Positions 25,976-35,187 of a DNA stretch of 38,019 nucleotides are shown one piece after another; the first letter of the stretch is position 1, and each line of letters begins with the position of its first letter. The stretch is from a virus. Its lineage: Duplodnaviria; Caudoviricetes. The translations under genes were made by a program, and so were the position numbers. The notes under the pieces are model-generated. The model was given only the letters and a program-made list of their open reading frames with translations, did not search any database and was not told where the DNA came from. The stretch is from the IMG/VR virus record IMGVR_UViG_3300032212_000072, positions 1 to 38,019 of that record. One strand, given 5' to 3'.

Positions 25976-26302
25976 ATGGCTGCCGGACGTAAGACAGGCG
26001 GTCGCCAGAAAGGCACTCCCAACAAGAAGACACGGGAGATACAATCCCTGCTTGATTCACTTGGCTGTGACCCTGTAGAAGGTATGGTTAAGATCGCAAT
26101 GGATGAGAACAACCCGCCTGAACTACGTGGCCGCATGTTTTCTGAGCTATCACAGTACGTATACCCTAAGCGCAAGTCTATCGAGGTTGCTGCTGAAGTA
26201 ACCACTAACTTCGTTGTAGACTCCAACCCCCTAAGCGTCGATGAATGGCAGACAAAACACAAACCATCTGGCGACCCCAGCCAGGTCCCCAGCACGCATT
26301 AG
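25976..26302 (+). CDS. terS: Terminase small subunit
   Basis: KTGGRQKGTPNK motif, directly upstream of and overlapping terL. Confidence 0.75.
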   Translation: MAAGRKTGGRQKGTPNKKTREIQSLLDSLGCDPVEGMVKIAMDENNPPELRGRMFSELSQYVYPKRKSIEVAAEVTTNFVVDSNPLSVDEWQTKHKPSGDPSQVPSTH

Positions 26303-28494
26303 TCGAATGCCCCATATTTGAGATATTTTATGGGGGCAGTCGTGGAGGCGGTAAGACTGATGGGATGTTGGGTAAGTGGGCAATTAAGGCTAGCCGATAC
26401 GGTGAGGGCGCTGTAGGCGTATTCTTCCGCAAGACCCGAGAGGATTTGAAAGAGGCCATCGAGCGTAGCAAGCAGCTCTATGCACCATTAGGGGCTAAGT
26501 ACACAAAGCCAGAGTGGGTGTTTCCTAACGGGGCGCGCCTTAAATTCCAGTATCTTGAGCGAGACAAGGATGCTGAGAACTACCAAGGCCATAACTACAC
26601 TGACCTATTCTTTGAAGAACTCACACACTGGGCAGACCCCGGCCCCGTCAATAAACTCAAGGCAACCCTACGTAGCGCCACGGGTGTTCCGACTCAATTC
26701 CATGCCACGGGCAACCCTGGCGGCCCCGGTCATAACTGGGTCAAAGCTAGATACATCGACCCTGCTCCCGGCGGGTTTGAGCGATTAACCGAGGAGTTTG
26801 AGAACCCGTGGACAGGTGAGAAACAGACGCTAGATCGAATATTCATTCCATCCAAACTCACTGACAATCCGCTTTTGCTTGATTCAGACCCCTTATACAT
26901 CGCTAAATTGCAGCAATCAGGCAGCAAAGAGCTTGTGAGGGCGTGGCTAATGGGGGATTGGAATGTTATCGAGGGTGCGTACTTCGATTGCTGGTCTGAT
27001 GAGTTGATTATAAAGCCTTGTAAGCTGCCTGAGCATTGGACGCGCTTTAGGTCGTTTGATTGGGGGAGCGCCAGGCCGTTCTCATGCGGTTGGTGGGCGG
27101 TGGCCTCAGAGGACTTTATACACCCAAATGGACAGGTTATCCCCAAGAACGCATTAGTTCGATATCGTGAGTGGTACGGGTCGAGCAGCCCTAATGTTGG
27201 TCTTAAGATGACCGTTGAACAAGTTGCTAAAGGTATTGCAGGGCGTGAGAAAGATGATGTTAAAATTCATTACGGTGTTGCAGACCCGGCTATATTTACT
27301 CAAGACGGCGGGCCATCAATGGCGGAACGTATGGCAATTGCGACCAATAATAGTGTAATATGGCGGAGATCCGACAATAAGCGTGTTGCTACGCACGGTC
27401 ATATTGGTGGTTGGGATCAAATGAGAGCCAGGATGATCGGCGATGATAAGCCGATGATTTACTTCTTTGATACTTGCGTCGATACTATACGCACTGTTCC
27501 GTCACTACAGCATGACGAGGATAAGCCGGAGGATTTGGATACGGACGGCGAAGACCACTGTTTTGCAGCAGGAACAATGGTTAGCACCCCATATGGAGAT
27601 GTACCGATAGAGCAAATGCCGGAGAGTGGTTTTGTGAATACTCGTCATGGCGTAAGAAAATACAGGTCTGCGGGGCTAGTTAAGCAACAAGCAGATATCG
27701 TTAAACTGACCTTTTCGGATGGCCGCGTTGTTCATTGCACGCCAGACCATCGTTTTATCTCGGAGGACATATGGACGGAAGCGCAGAACATGCTAGACCA
27801 AACCCTTACCCTTTATCGAACACCATTCAAGACTACAATGGTCAGCGATATTACAAGTGTGGCCCGTACTTTCAGCGCAAAGGCACAAGACTGCATCGAC
27901 TGGTTTGGGAGGATGCCAATGGCTCGATACCTGACGGGTATCATATCCACCACATTGACCACGACCGCAACAATAATGTCCTCGAGAACCTCCGGCTTAT
28001 TAGCGCCAGCGACCATGCCAAGCACCACTACACGCCAAGGGGCGACATCAAGAAAGCAAGGGAAGCGGCTGCCAAATGGCACGGCTCGAAAGAGGGTCGC
28101 GAATGGCATAAGCGCCATTATGATGAAAGCATCGCTCCGAAGATGCGAGCTAAGACTACTGGAACATGCCAGGTCTGCGGCGCAACCTACGAAGCATCAC
28201 TGGTTCACGCGCATAGAAAGAAGTATTGCAGTAATAACTGCAAAGCGCGTGCGCTGCGTCAGCGTAGAAAAGGGCGCGCCGGATGATGTATACTGCATAA
28301 CAGTGCCGAGTGTAGGTGAGTTTTTGTTGTCTGGTGGGGTGGCGGTATCTAATTGCGCCGACGAAATACGCTATGCGTGTATGTCTCGGCCTTACACCCA
28401 GCCAGGACCGGCAGAAGAGAAGCCAATTAAGGGCATTGAGAGTATGTCACTTAATGACTTGTGGAACGATAGGCCAAAAGATAGGCGGATTTGA
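26245..28494 (+). CDS. terL: Terminase large subunit containing an intein (484 aa after splicing)
   Basis: Walker A GGSRGGGKT, Walker B LFFEE, TGNPGG, FDWG nuclease motif. EDH|CADE motif split by the intein. Confidence 0.95.
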   Translation: MADKTQTIWRPQPGPQHALVECPIFEIFYGGSRGGGKTDGMLGKWAIKASRYGEGAVGVFFRKTREDLKEAIERSKQLYAPLGAKYTKPEWVFPNGARLKFQYLERDKDAENYQGHNYTDLFFEELTHWADPGPVNKLKATLRSATGVPTQFHATGNPGGPGHNWVKARYIDPAPGGFERLTEEFENPWTGEKQTLDRIFIPSKLTDNPLLLDSDPLYIAKLQQSGSKELVRAWLMGDWNVIEGAYFDCWSDELIIKPCKLPEHWTRFRSFDWGSARPFSCGWWAVASEDFIHPNGQVIPKNALVRYREWYGSSSPNVGLKMTVEQVAKGIAGREKDDVKIHYGVADPAIFTQDGGPSMAERMAIATNNSVIWRRSDNKRVATHGHIGGWDQMRARMIGDDKPMIYFFDTCVDTIRTVPSLQHDEDKPEDLDTDGEDHCFAAGTMVSTPYGDVPIEQMPESGFVNTRHGVRKYRSAGLVKQQADIVKLTFSDGRVVHCTPDHRFISEDIWTEAQNMLDQTLTLYRTPFKTTMVSDITSVARTFSAKAQDCIDWFGRMPMARYLTGIISTTLTTTATIMSSRTSGLLAPATMPSTTTRQGATSRKQGKRLPNGTARKRVANGISAIMMKASLRRCELRLLEHARSAAQPTKHHWFTRIERSIAVITAKRVRCVSVEKGAPDDVYCITVPSVGEFLLSGGVAVSNCADEIRYACMSRPYTQPGPAEEKPIKGIESMSLNDLWNDRPKDRRI
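27559..28353 (+). mobile_element. Intein (265 aa) in TerL nuclease domain
   Basis: Block A CFAAGTMV, block B CTPDHRF, block F DVYCITV, block G VAVSN followed by +1 Cys. Confidence 0.92.
27771..28286 (+). CDS. HNH homing endonuclease nested out of frame inside the intein (171 aa)
   Basis: GGAGG RBS at 27762-27766. LHRLVWE...IHHIDHDRNNN..ENL HNH motif and C-terminal CQVC...YCSNNC zinc finger. Confidence 0.88.
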   Translation: MDGSAEHARPNPYPLSNTIQDYNGQRYYKCGPYFQRKGTRLHRLVWEDANGSIPDGYHIHHIDHDRNNNVLENLRLISASDHAKHHYTPRGDIKKAREAAAKWHGSKEGREWHKRHYDESIAPKMRAKTTGTCQVCGATYEASLVHAHRKKYCSNNCKARALRQRRKGRAG

Positions 28495-30722
28495 TGCAAG
28501 AAGAATCAAAAAAAGACTTCGGCAGTGATGGGCCAGGATTGTTTAAATATTGGCTCGCCGAATATCAATTAGCCTGTAAGCGTGAGGCCACATGGTCCAA
28601 GCAGGGCGATAATGTCATCAAGAAGTATGAAGACGACCGACCTGAATACAGCGAGAGCACTGGATTCAACATCCTGTGGTCAAATACAGAAACATTGCTC
28701 CCCGCAATGTACTCCAGAACACCTAAACCAGTAGTATCCCGTAGATTTAAAGACGATAACGAGCTAGGCATTCAAGCTAGCCGCATCCTACAGCGCGCCC
28801 TTGAGGTATGCCTGGATAGTTATGATTTCGATTCTGAGATACGCGCCGCCGTTCAAGACCGATTGTTACCCGGTCGAGGTCAAGCGCGAGTACGCTATAT
28901 TCCAAAGATGGAGCAGACCCCTGTACCGTTACCCGTTGACGAGCAGGGACAGGCGATAATCAAAGAAGGCCAGGAGGTGATCACACATCAGGGCATCCAA
29001 TGCTGCATGGAAGACCGCGTAGTATACGAGGAGGCCCGCGTTGAATACGTGTACTGGAAGCACTTTAAGCACGGCCCAGGCCGCGTATGGCGAGAGGTTC
29101 CGTGGGTATCGTATGACGTGTATTTGTCACGCGATCAAGCAAAAAAGCGATTTGGAACCCTTGCTGAAAAGCTAAATTACAACCACAGCCCCGACAAGGT
29201 TGACGAAAAAGATAATAATGCCGAGCTATTTAAGCAGGTGCATATTGTTGAAATATGGTCAAAAACAGATCAAAAAGTAATATGGATATCGCCTGACTAC
29301 AAAGAAGGGCCGCTAGATACCAAGGCCGCACCCATAAGCTTTAGAGACGGATGTCCGTCGCCCAAGCCGTTATTGAGCGTAACGACCACGAAAAGCCTTA
29401 TCCCTATCCCTGAATATAAGCTGTATCAGGACCAAGCCAAAGAACTTGATAAAATCACAGCAAGACTGGATAAGGTTGTCGATGCGATCAAGGTGCGCGG
29501 CCTGTATGCGGGTGATGCAGAGGCTATCCCACAATTGTTGCAGGGTGAAAACAATGAGTTAATCCCGGTCCGCGACTGGATGGCCTATATAGATAAAGGC
29601 GGCGTCGATAGCCTTGTATCATGGCTACCCGTCGATCAATTAACGCAGGTTGCTGCTGCGCTATACGAAGCACGCGACCGCGCCAAAGAGGTTTTGTATG
29701 AGCTAACGGGCATATCAGATATTGTGCGTGGTGCATCAAATCCGAATGAAACACTAGGCGCTCAGAAGATTAAGGGCCGCTATGCGGCGATGCGCTTTGA
29801 TACCCGTAAGGAGTCTGTCGCTCATTTTGTGCGTGATATTATCCGTCTTAAAGCCGAGATCATAGCCGAGCAATTCAGCCCCAAAACACTCGCCTTGATG
29901 ACGGGTATGGAGGTCACGGACGAGGTGATGGAGTTGTTACGCAATGACCCTGCCAGGTCGTTCATGATTGATATTGAGACCGATTCAACCATCGCCGCCG
30001 ATGAGATGGAAGAAAAAGAGCGCCGGACCGAGTTTTTAACGGCTGTTGGCGGGTTTATGGAAAAAGCTGTTCCGCTGGTCCAGCAGGCTCCACAAATGAC
30101 CAAGATAGCCGGCGAGATGCTGCTATTCGCAGTGCGTGGCTTCAGGGCAGGCCGGGAGCTTGAATCATCCTTTGAGGATTTGGTCGAGGGCATGGGTCAA
30201 GAAGACCCACAGCAGAACCCAGCCATGCTCATCGAGCAGGTTAATATGCTGACTCAGCAGAACCAGGAGCTACAGGAGGCAGCGAATACTAATCAAATCA
30301 AGGCCAATACTGATATACAGATTGCGCAGATGAAGATGCAGGCGCAGCAAGTAGAATCTGATGTTAAGCTTAGAGCCGATATTCAGATTGCACAGATACA
30401 GGCGGAGGCCGATATTCAGATTGCGCAGCTTAAAGAGCAGGGAGAGCTGGGCAAGGCCGCACAGGAAAGACAATCTACGTCAGAGCAGAACGCTAACGCA
30501 CGCGCTGAGATTGAGCGCGAAATAGCAGATATACGCGCTAATGCAGAGGTTGAGGTCGCTAAGATTATGGAGCAGGCCGAGGCGGCCAGGGTGCAACTCG
30601 AAGTTGGCCCGCCCGCCATGCCGGATATCTATGTAAACATTGAAAAGGACGGCAATAAGACGATTAAGATTGATAAGGGCGCGGACGGTAAGATTTCAGG
30701 CGCTACAGTTGAAGCAGAATAA
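28491..30722 (+). CDS. Portal protein with C-terminal coiled-coil barrel
   Basis: 743 aa after terL, ELTGISDIVRG...ETLGAQ motif, Gln-rich helical tail. Confidence 0.85.
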   Translation: MMQEESKKDFGSDGPGLFKYWLAEYQLACKREATWSKQGDNVIKKYEDDRPEYSESTGFNILWSNTETLLPAMYSRTPKPVVSRRFKDDNELGIQASRILQRALEVCLDSYDFDSEIRAAVQDRLLPGRGQARVRYIPKMEQTPVPLPVDEQGQAIIKEGQEVITHQGIQCCMEDRVVYEEARVEYVYWKHFKHGPGRVWREVPWVSYDVYLSRDQAKKRFGTLAEKLNYNHSPDKVDEKDNNAELFKQVHIVEIWSKTDQKVIWISPDYKEGPLDTKAAPISFRDGCPSPKPLLSVTTTKSLIPIPEYKLYQDQAKELDKITARLDKVVDAIKVRGLYAGDAEAIPQLLQGENNELIPVRDWMAYIDKGGVDSLVSWLPVDQLTQVAAALYEARDRAKEVLYELTGISDIVRGASNPNETLGAQKIKGRYAAMRFDTRKESVAHFVRDIIRLKAEIIAEQFSPKTLALMTGMEVTDEVMELLRNDPARSFMIDIETDSTIAADEMEEKERRTEFLTAVGGFMEKAVPLVQQAPQMTKIAGEMLLFAVRGFRAGRELESSFEDLVEGMGQEDPQQNPAMLIEQVNMLTQQNQELQEAANTNQIKANTDIQIAQMKMQAQQVESDVKLRADIQIAQIQAEADIQIAQLKEQGELGKAAQERQSTSEQNANARAEIEREIADIRANAEVEVAKIMEQAEAARVQLEVGPPAMPDIYVNIEKDGNKTIKIDKGADGKISGATVEAE

Positions 30723-30740
30723 CTAGCAGGGAGAATACTA

Positions 30741-31250
30741 ATGGCTTCAGTCGTAAACAGGACAACGAAACAGTACTTAGGCTCGGTGCATACGCCGGAT
30801 TACTCGCCGGTCGATTGGATTATCGACCCTGATTTAAGCTCTGTAATTGGTGTACCGAGTAAATATTGGAATATTAGCGGAGATATTATAACCGAGATGA
30901 CACAGCCAGAAAAAGACGCCGTAGATGCCGCCGAAGCAATAGTTATTCGAGACAACAACCGCGCAGAAGCGGTCGCTACGCCGGACGCAGCGACATCGAC
31001 AGGCGTGGAGTTCAGAGAGCTATTTGAGCTATTCAATAAGCGAGATAATTATATTATTAATCGGCTTATTGAAGTGCAGACGATGGCGTCTGATTTGAAA
31101 ACGGCTATCACAACATCATCAGGTGCGGCCCAAACTATTCGTGATGAGGTGGCCTTAGTGGATGTCACACCGTCAGCGACAGCGACCAGAACAAGGGCTG
31201 ATACCATCACTGAATACAAGGACGACATTAACGCCGGAGGCGCTGACTAA
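30741..31250 (+). CDS. Hypothetical virion-associated protein
   Basis: GGGAG RBS, first gene of the block between portal and scaffold. Confidence 0.6.
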   Translation: MASVVNRTTKQYLGSVHTPDYSPVDWIIDPDLSSVIGVPSKYWNISGDIITEMTQPEKDAVDAAEAIVIRDNNRAEAVATPDAATSTGVEFRELFELFNKRDNYIINRLIEVQTMASDLKTAITTSSGAAQTIRDEVALVDVTPSATATRTRADTITEYKDDINAGGAD

Positions 31251-31744
31251 TGTCGTCCGGCGATACACTGTTAATCTTTACCCCGCTGCATAATGAGCCG
31301 CCATCAAGTAACTATGCAACGCTAGACTTGCGAAACCTACACCCTGTTTTAAAATTTGATGATACGACCAATGAAAGCGTAGTTTTTACAGGGGTTATGC
31401 CGCAAAGCTACGCAGGGACAACAGGCGTTACTGTTTACCTTCATTACTCAATGACATCAGCAACGACTGGAGATGTGGACTTTGATGCGGCGTTTGAAAG
31501 GATAGGGGATCAACAATTAGATATAGATGCAGACTCGTTTGCGGCAGTTAATTCTGTTGATAACACTACCGTTCCCGCAACGTCTGGATTAGTAGATATA
31601 GTATCAGTTGCGTTTACCGACGGTGCAGACATGGACTCTGTGGCTGTAGGTGAGCTTTTCAGGATTAAAGTCACCCGTGATGCTGTATCCGATACGTCTG
31701 CCGGAGACCTAGAATTACATGCCGTGGAGATTAGAGAAACATGA
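31250..31744 (+). CDS. Beta-sandwich-like hypothetical structural protein
   Basis: TAATG-coupled, acidic beta-rich composition. Confidence 0.6.
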   Translation: MSSGDTLLIFTPLHNEPPSSNYATLDLRNLHPVLKFDDTTNESVVFTGVMPQSYAGTTGVTVYLHYSMTSATTGDVDFDAAFERIGDQQLDIDADSFAAVNSVDNTTVPATSGLVDIVSVAFTDGADMDSVAVGELFRIKVTRDAVSDTSAGDLELHAVEIRET

Positions 31745-32514
31745 GTCGTTCATTTAACGGCACATCTGATTATCTTGATACTTCAACGCTGATAATCAGC
31801 GGTGAGCCGTTGACAATGGCCTGTTGGTTTAACTCTAATACGCTCGCCGCATCACAAGGATTAATGTCACTTAACAGGGCGTCTGATGGCAATCACTATC
31901 ACTGCCTTGCAGCAGCAGGCGGCGCAGCGGGCGACCCTATAAGAGCCATTACTTTTGATGGCACAAGCTTTGTGGGGTCTTCAACTACAACCGGATATTC
32001 CGCGAATACATGGCATCACGCATGCGGTGTATGGGCTTCCTCAACAAGCAGAACATCATATATTGATGGTGGCTCTAAAAACACCAACACAACTTCATCG
32101 ACACCTACAATAGATAAAGCCTCTATTGGTCGATTTAGCTCCGGTGGTTCTTATATGAACGGGGAGATAGCAGAGGCGTGCGCCTGGGATGTGGCGTTAA
32201 CTGATGCAGAAGTTGCCATACTTGCAACGGGGGTAAGCCCCTTAAAGGTTCGTCCTCAAAATATCGTTTGTTACTGGCCTATTATCGGAAGAACATCGCC
32301 GGAGATTGATATTGTAGGCGGAATAGATTTAACCGTTAATGGCGCGACAGTCGCAGAGCATCCCCGGATCTTTAATATCGGCGGGAATATTATTAGTTTT
32401 GCAGCAGCAGGCGCAGCCCCGGTAACAGGCAGAATTATGAGTAGTTTAACTAATTATGGTGGCCTTGCGGGTCATGGCGGCATTGCTGGCACAGGCGGAG
32501 GACTCGCGGGATGA
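31741..32514 (+). CDS. LamG/concanavalin A-like lectin domain protein
   Basis: FNGTSDY, TMACWF, WHHACGV, YIDG, NGEIAE...ALTDAEV LamG_3-type motifs. Confidence 0.8.
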   Translation: MSRSFNGTSDYLDTSTLIISGEPLTMACWFNSNTLAASQGLMSLNRASDGNHYHCLAAAGGAAGDPIRAITFDGTSFVGSSTTTGYSANTWHHACGVWASSTSRTSYIDGGSKNTNTTSSTPTIDKASIGRFSSGGSYMNGEIAEACAWDVALTDAEVAILATGVSPLKVRPQNIVCYWPIIGRTSPEIDIVGGIDLTVNGATVAEHPRIFNIGGNIISFAAAGAAPVTGRIMSSLTNYGGLAGHGGIAGTGGGLAG

Positions 32515-34151
32515 GTGATGTAACATTAGAAGATACCGTTTATATAGAATTTTCTACCCGCGCATTTGCGACGGGTATACCAACAACGCTTGCCGGAACC
32601 CCTGTGGTTTCATGGTCAGAAAACGGAGGGGTAAATAGTGCCGCAGGCGTAACACTGACAGTCGATTTAAACACCGTAGCTGGAAACCATTTATTAACTA
32701 TAGCAGCAACAGCGGCAAATGGTTTTGAATCCGGCAAGCATTACAACCTGAAAATAACAACCGGCACAGTGGCCGGCGTTTCGGTTGTAGGTGAGGTTGT
32801 CGCACGATTCACCATTAGCGCGAGTGCAGCCGCGACTGATTTGGCTAACGCAACTGACGGATTAGGTGCATTAAAGGCAATACTAGACACAAGTGGCGTT
32901 GTTCTAACTGCAACAGCAACATCGGCACAGCTTGTAGACGATGTGTGGGATGAAGTATTAACGGGCGCGACACATAATGTGGCTAGCTCATCCGGTCGCC
33001 GTCTGAGGTCGATTCAGGAGTTCCAAGGCTATGAGGGCGGGGCTGTTTGGATAGATACCGTAAACGGCAACGCAGGTACGGTTTCGTATGAAAATGGAAC
33101 GGTGGAAAATCCTGTCGATACAATTGCAGACGCAAATACAATAGCGTCCGCTGTCGGTTTATCCAGGTTCCGGGTGGCCCCCGGTTCTTCTATCACTTTT
33201 GCAGCGACTCAGGCGAATCAATCTTTCATTGGTCACGAATGGACTTTGGCTTTGGGCGGGCAGAGTATTGCCGGTACACGCATTGAGGGTGCTGTCGTAT
33301 CGGGTACAGGTACAGGGACAGGGCATCACTTCATTGACTGCAACATCGGCAATGTAAGTATAGAAGATGGCTCTATGGGATGGTGTATGTTTACCGGAAC
33401 CATCACCTTAACGGGTGCGGGTGATTCTTATTGGCATGACTGCTATTCTGGTGTTGCGGGTTCTGGAACGCCTGTCGTGGACTTTGGTGCGTTAGTGGGC
33501 AATTCTAACTTGAATGTACGTAGGTACTCAGGCGGTCTACAGATAGATAATAAAGACGCTACCGGCACTGACTTAATGAGCCTTGAAGGTAACGGGCAAT
33601 TGCTTGTCTCAGCCTCATCGAGCGGCGCTATTTCGCTTCGCGGTAACTTCAAGGTCACTAACACAGGTGGCGCTACAATTACCTATGACGATAACTCACA
33701 GGGCATACAGGATATCGAGACAGATACCGCTGAAATAGGCACAGCAGGTGCAGGATTAACTGATTTGGGCGGAATGTCTACTGCAATGAAGGCAGAAGTT
33801 AACGCAGAGTGTGACACAGCATTGACTGATTATGATGGCCCGACTAATGCCGAGATGGAGGCAAGAACACCAACAGCAGCAGAATTGTTATATATGACCC
33901 GTCATGCCGCTACAGCTTTACCTGTTACGTTTACAGGTGGAACAACCACCACGGCAGTACTGGGTAATGTAGATGGATCAGCGGCGTCGAGCACAGACGA
34001 TGTATATAATTCCCGTCTATTGGTATTTAATGCGGGTACGCTTGATCAGCAAGTCTGTCAGATTACGGACTATACAGGCTCAACCAAGACAGCGACGATT
34101 AGCGCAGTGACAACGGCGGTAACATCAGGTCACACCGCTATACTGGTGTAA
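32511..34151 (+). CDS. Large Thr/Gly/Ala-rich fibre- or spike-like structural protein
   Basis: 546 aa, probable beta-helix central region, DDVWDE motif. Confidence 0.6.
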   Translation: MSDVTLEDTVYIEFSTRAFATGIPTTLAGTPVVSWSENGGVNSAAGVTLTVDLNTVAGNHLLTIAATAANGFESGKHYNLKITTGTVAGVSVVGEVVARFTISASAAATDLANATDGLGALKAILDTSGVVLTATATSAQLVDDVWDEVLTGATHNVASSSGRRLRSIQEFQGYEGGAVWIDTVNGNAGTVSYENGTVENPVDTIADANTIASAVGLSRFRVAPGSSITFAATQANQSFIGHEWTLALGGQSIAGTRIEGAVVSGTGTGTGHHFIDCNIGNVSIEDGSMGWCMFTGTITLTGAGDSYWHDCYSGVAGSGTPVVDFGALVGNSNLNVRRYSGGLQIDNKDATGTDLMSLEGNGQLLVSASSSGAISLRGNFKVTNTGGATITYDDNSQGIQDIETDTAEIGTAGAGLTDLGGMSTAMKAEVNAECDTALTDYDGPTNAEMEARTPTAAELLYMTRHAATALPVTFTGGTTTTAVLGNVDGSAASSTDDVYNSRLLVFNAGTLDQQVCQITDYTGSTKTATISAVTTAVTSGHTAILV

Positions 34152-34154
34152 ATT

Positions 34155-34739
34155 GTGTTAACCCGTATCGGGGTTGGTGGCGTAGGGATAACCTACGGCA
34201 CGATAACCGATAAAGCCGAATCGACAGCAAGCCCTAGACCGGGCGACCTGTTTACAAGGATAGCGGTCGGCGGTGTTGGTCAGACGCTTGGAACGGTTGC
34301 AGATAAAACGGCTGACGCGCATGGGCCAAGACCGGGAGATTTATTAACAAGGATTGGTGTCGGTGGTGTAGGTATTTACTATGAAGTCACCGCCAAGGCT
34401 GAGAGTGAGGTAGAAGAAGATCAGGAAGGCGGCGGGTACACTCCTTACGGATTAGCTACTCCCTGGGAGGTCGATCTAGGGGGTGAGACAGGCGCAGAGC
34501 ATCTAGCCGATATCACGCAGCAGCTTGAATCCGAGTTTGGTTTAAGCCCTGATGAGATTGAGGAGGTTGTCGAGCAGGCGGCTACAACAGGAATATCGCT
34601 TTCTGATGGTCGGATTAGGCGGCTTGCGCAAGCCATACACGCAAGACCCAAGGAATTTGATAGAATAAGGGATATGGTAACCGGGCATGAAGACGGCGAA
34701 GATGTAATTGCACTAATATTGATATTGGCGGAATTATGA
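34155..34739 (+). CDS. Repeat-containing protein (3 x TRI-x-VGGVG)
   Basis: Three imperfect repeats of about 30 aa, acidic linker, hydrophobic C-terminus. Confidence 0.6.
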   Translation: MLTRIGVGGVGITYGTITDKAESTASPRPGDLFTRIAVGGVGQTLGTVADKTADAHGPRPGDLLTRIGVGGVGIYYEVTAKAESEVEEDQEGGGYTPYGLATPWEVDLGGETGAEHLADITQQLESEFGLSPDEIEEVVEQAATTGISLSDGRIRRLAQAIHARPKEFDRIRDMVTGHEDGEDVIALILILAEL

Positions 34740-34825
34740 ACAAAGGTTTAAGAGATACACCTAAATCACGGGTTAGCACGTCTGAGTCAAGGGACGAGCA
34801 TACGCGCATATTCGGTGAGCGAGCT

Positions 34826-35122
34826 ATGAAGACGGGCCGCACAAAATATGTGCAGATAGATGGTAAATTAGTAGAAATAGATATAGATGCGCCGCCACAA
34901 AAACCAAAGTCAGCCTTTGTGTTCGGTGATATTACCGAGCATAGGAGCACGGTAACGGGTGAAATGGTAACAACCAGATCGCGCCACAGACAGATATTGA
35001 GAGAGAATGGCTTGGTTGAGGTGGGTAATGAAAACCTTGCCAAGCATACGCCTAAGCGCGATACTTGCTCTAAAGGTGTAAAAGAAGACCTGCAAAGGAC
35101 GTTAGCAGAGCTCAAAGGTTAA
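34826..35122 (+). CDS. Conserved hypothetical protein upstream of scaffold
   Basis: S-x-VTG...RS.HR..LRENG..EVGNE motif. Start could be 34736. Confidence 0.6.
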   Translation: MKTGRTKYVQIDGKLVEIDIDAPPQKPKSAFVFGDITEHRSTVTGEMVTTRSRHRQILRENGLVEVGNENLAKHTPKRDTCSKGVKEDLQRTLAELKG

Positions 35123-35131
35123 GATATTTTC

Positions 35132-35151
35132 TCGCCGTGAGGCGATATTTT
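35132..35151 (+). terminator. Short GNRA hairpin plus T tract (weak terminator or processing site)
   Basis: TCGCC-GTGA-GGCGA-TATTTT. Confidence 0.35.
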
Positions 35152-35187
35152 CCACGGGGCTGCGGCCCCTTATGATGGAGTTTGAAT

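Noticed and set aside
30310-30430. DIQIAQ triple repeat in the portal C-terminus
   Set aside because: Ordinary coiled-coil barrel repeat.
30767-30776. Third partial match to the tRNA-like loop (TCAGTCGTAA, minus-strand sense), coordinates approximate
   Set aside because: Lies inside a coding start, with no flanking stem or cloverleaf. Likely chance.
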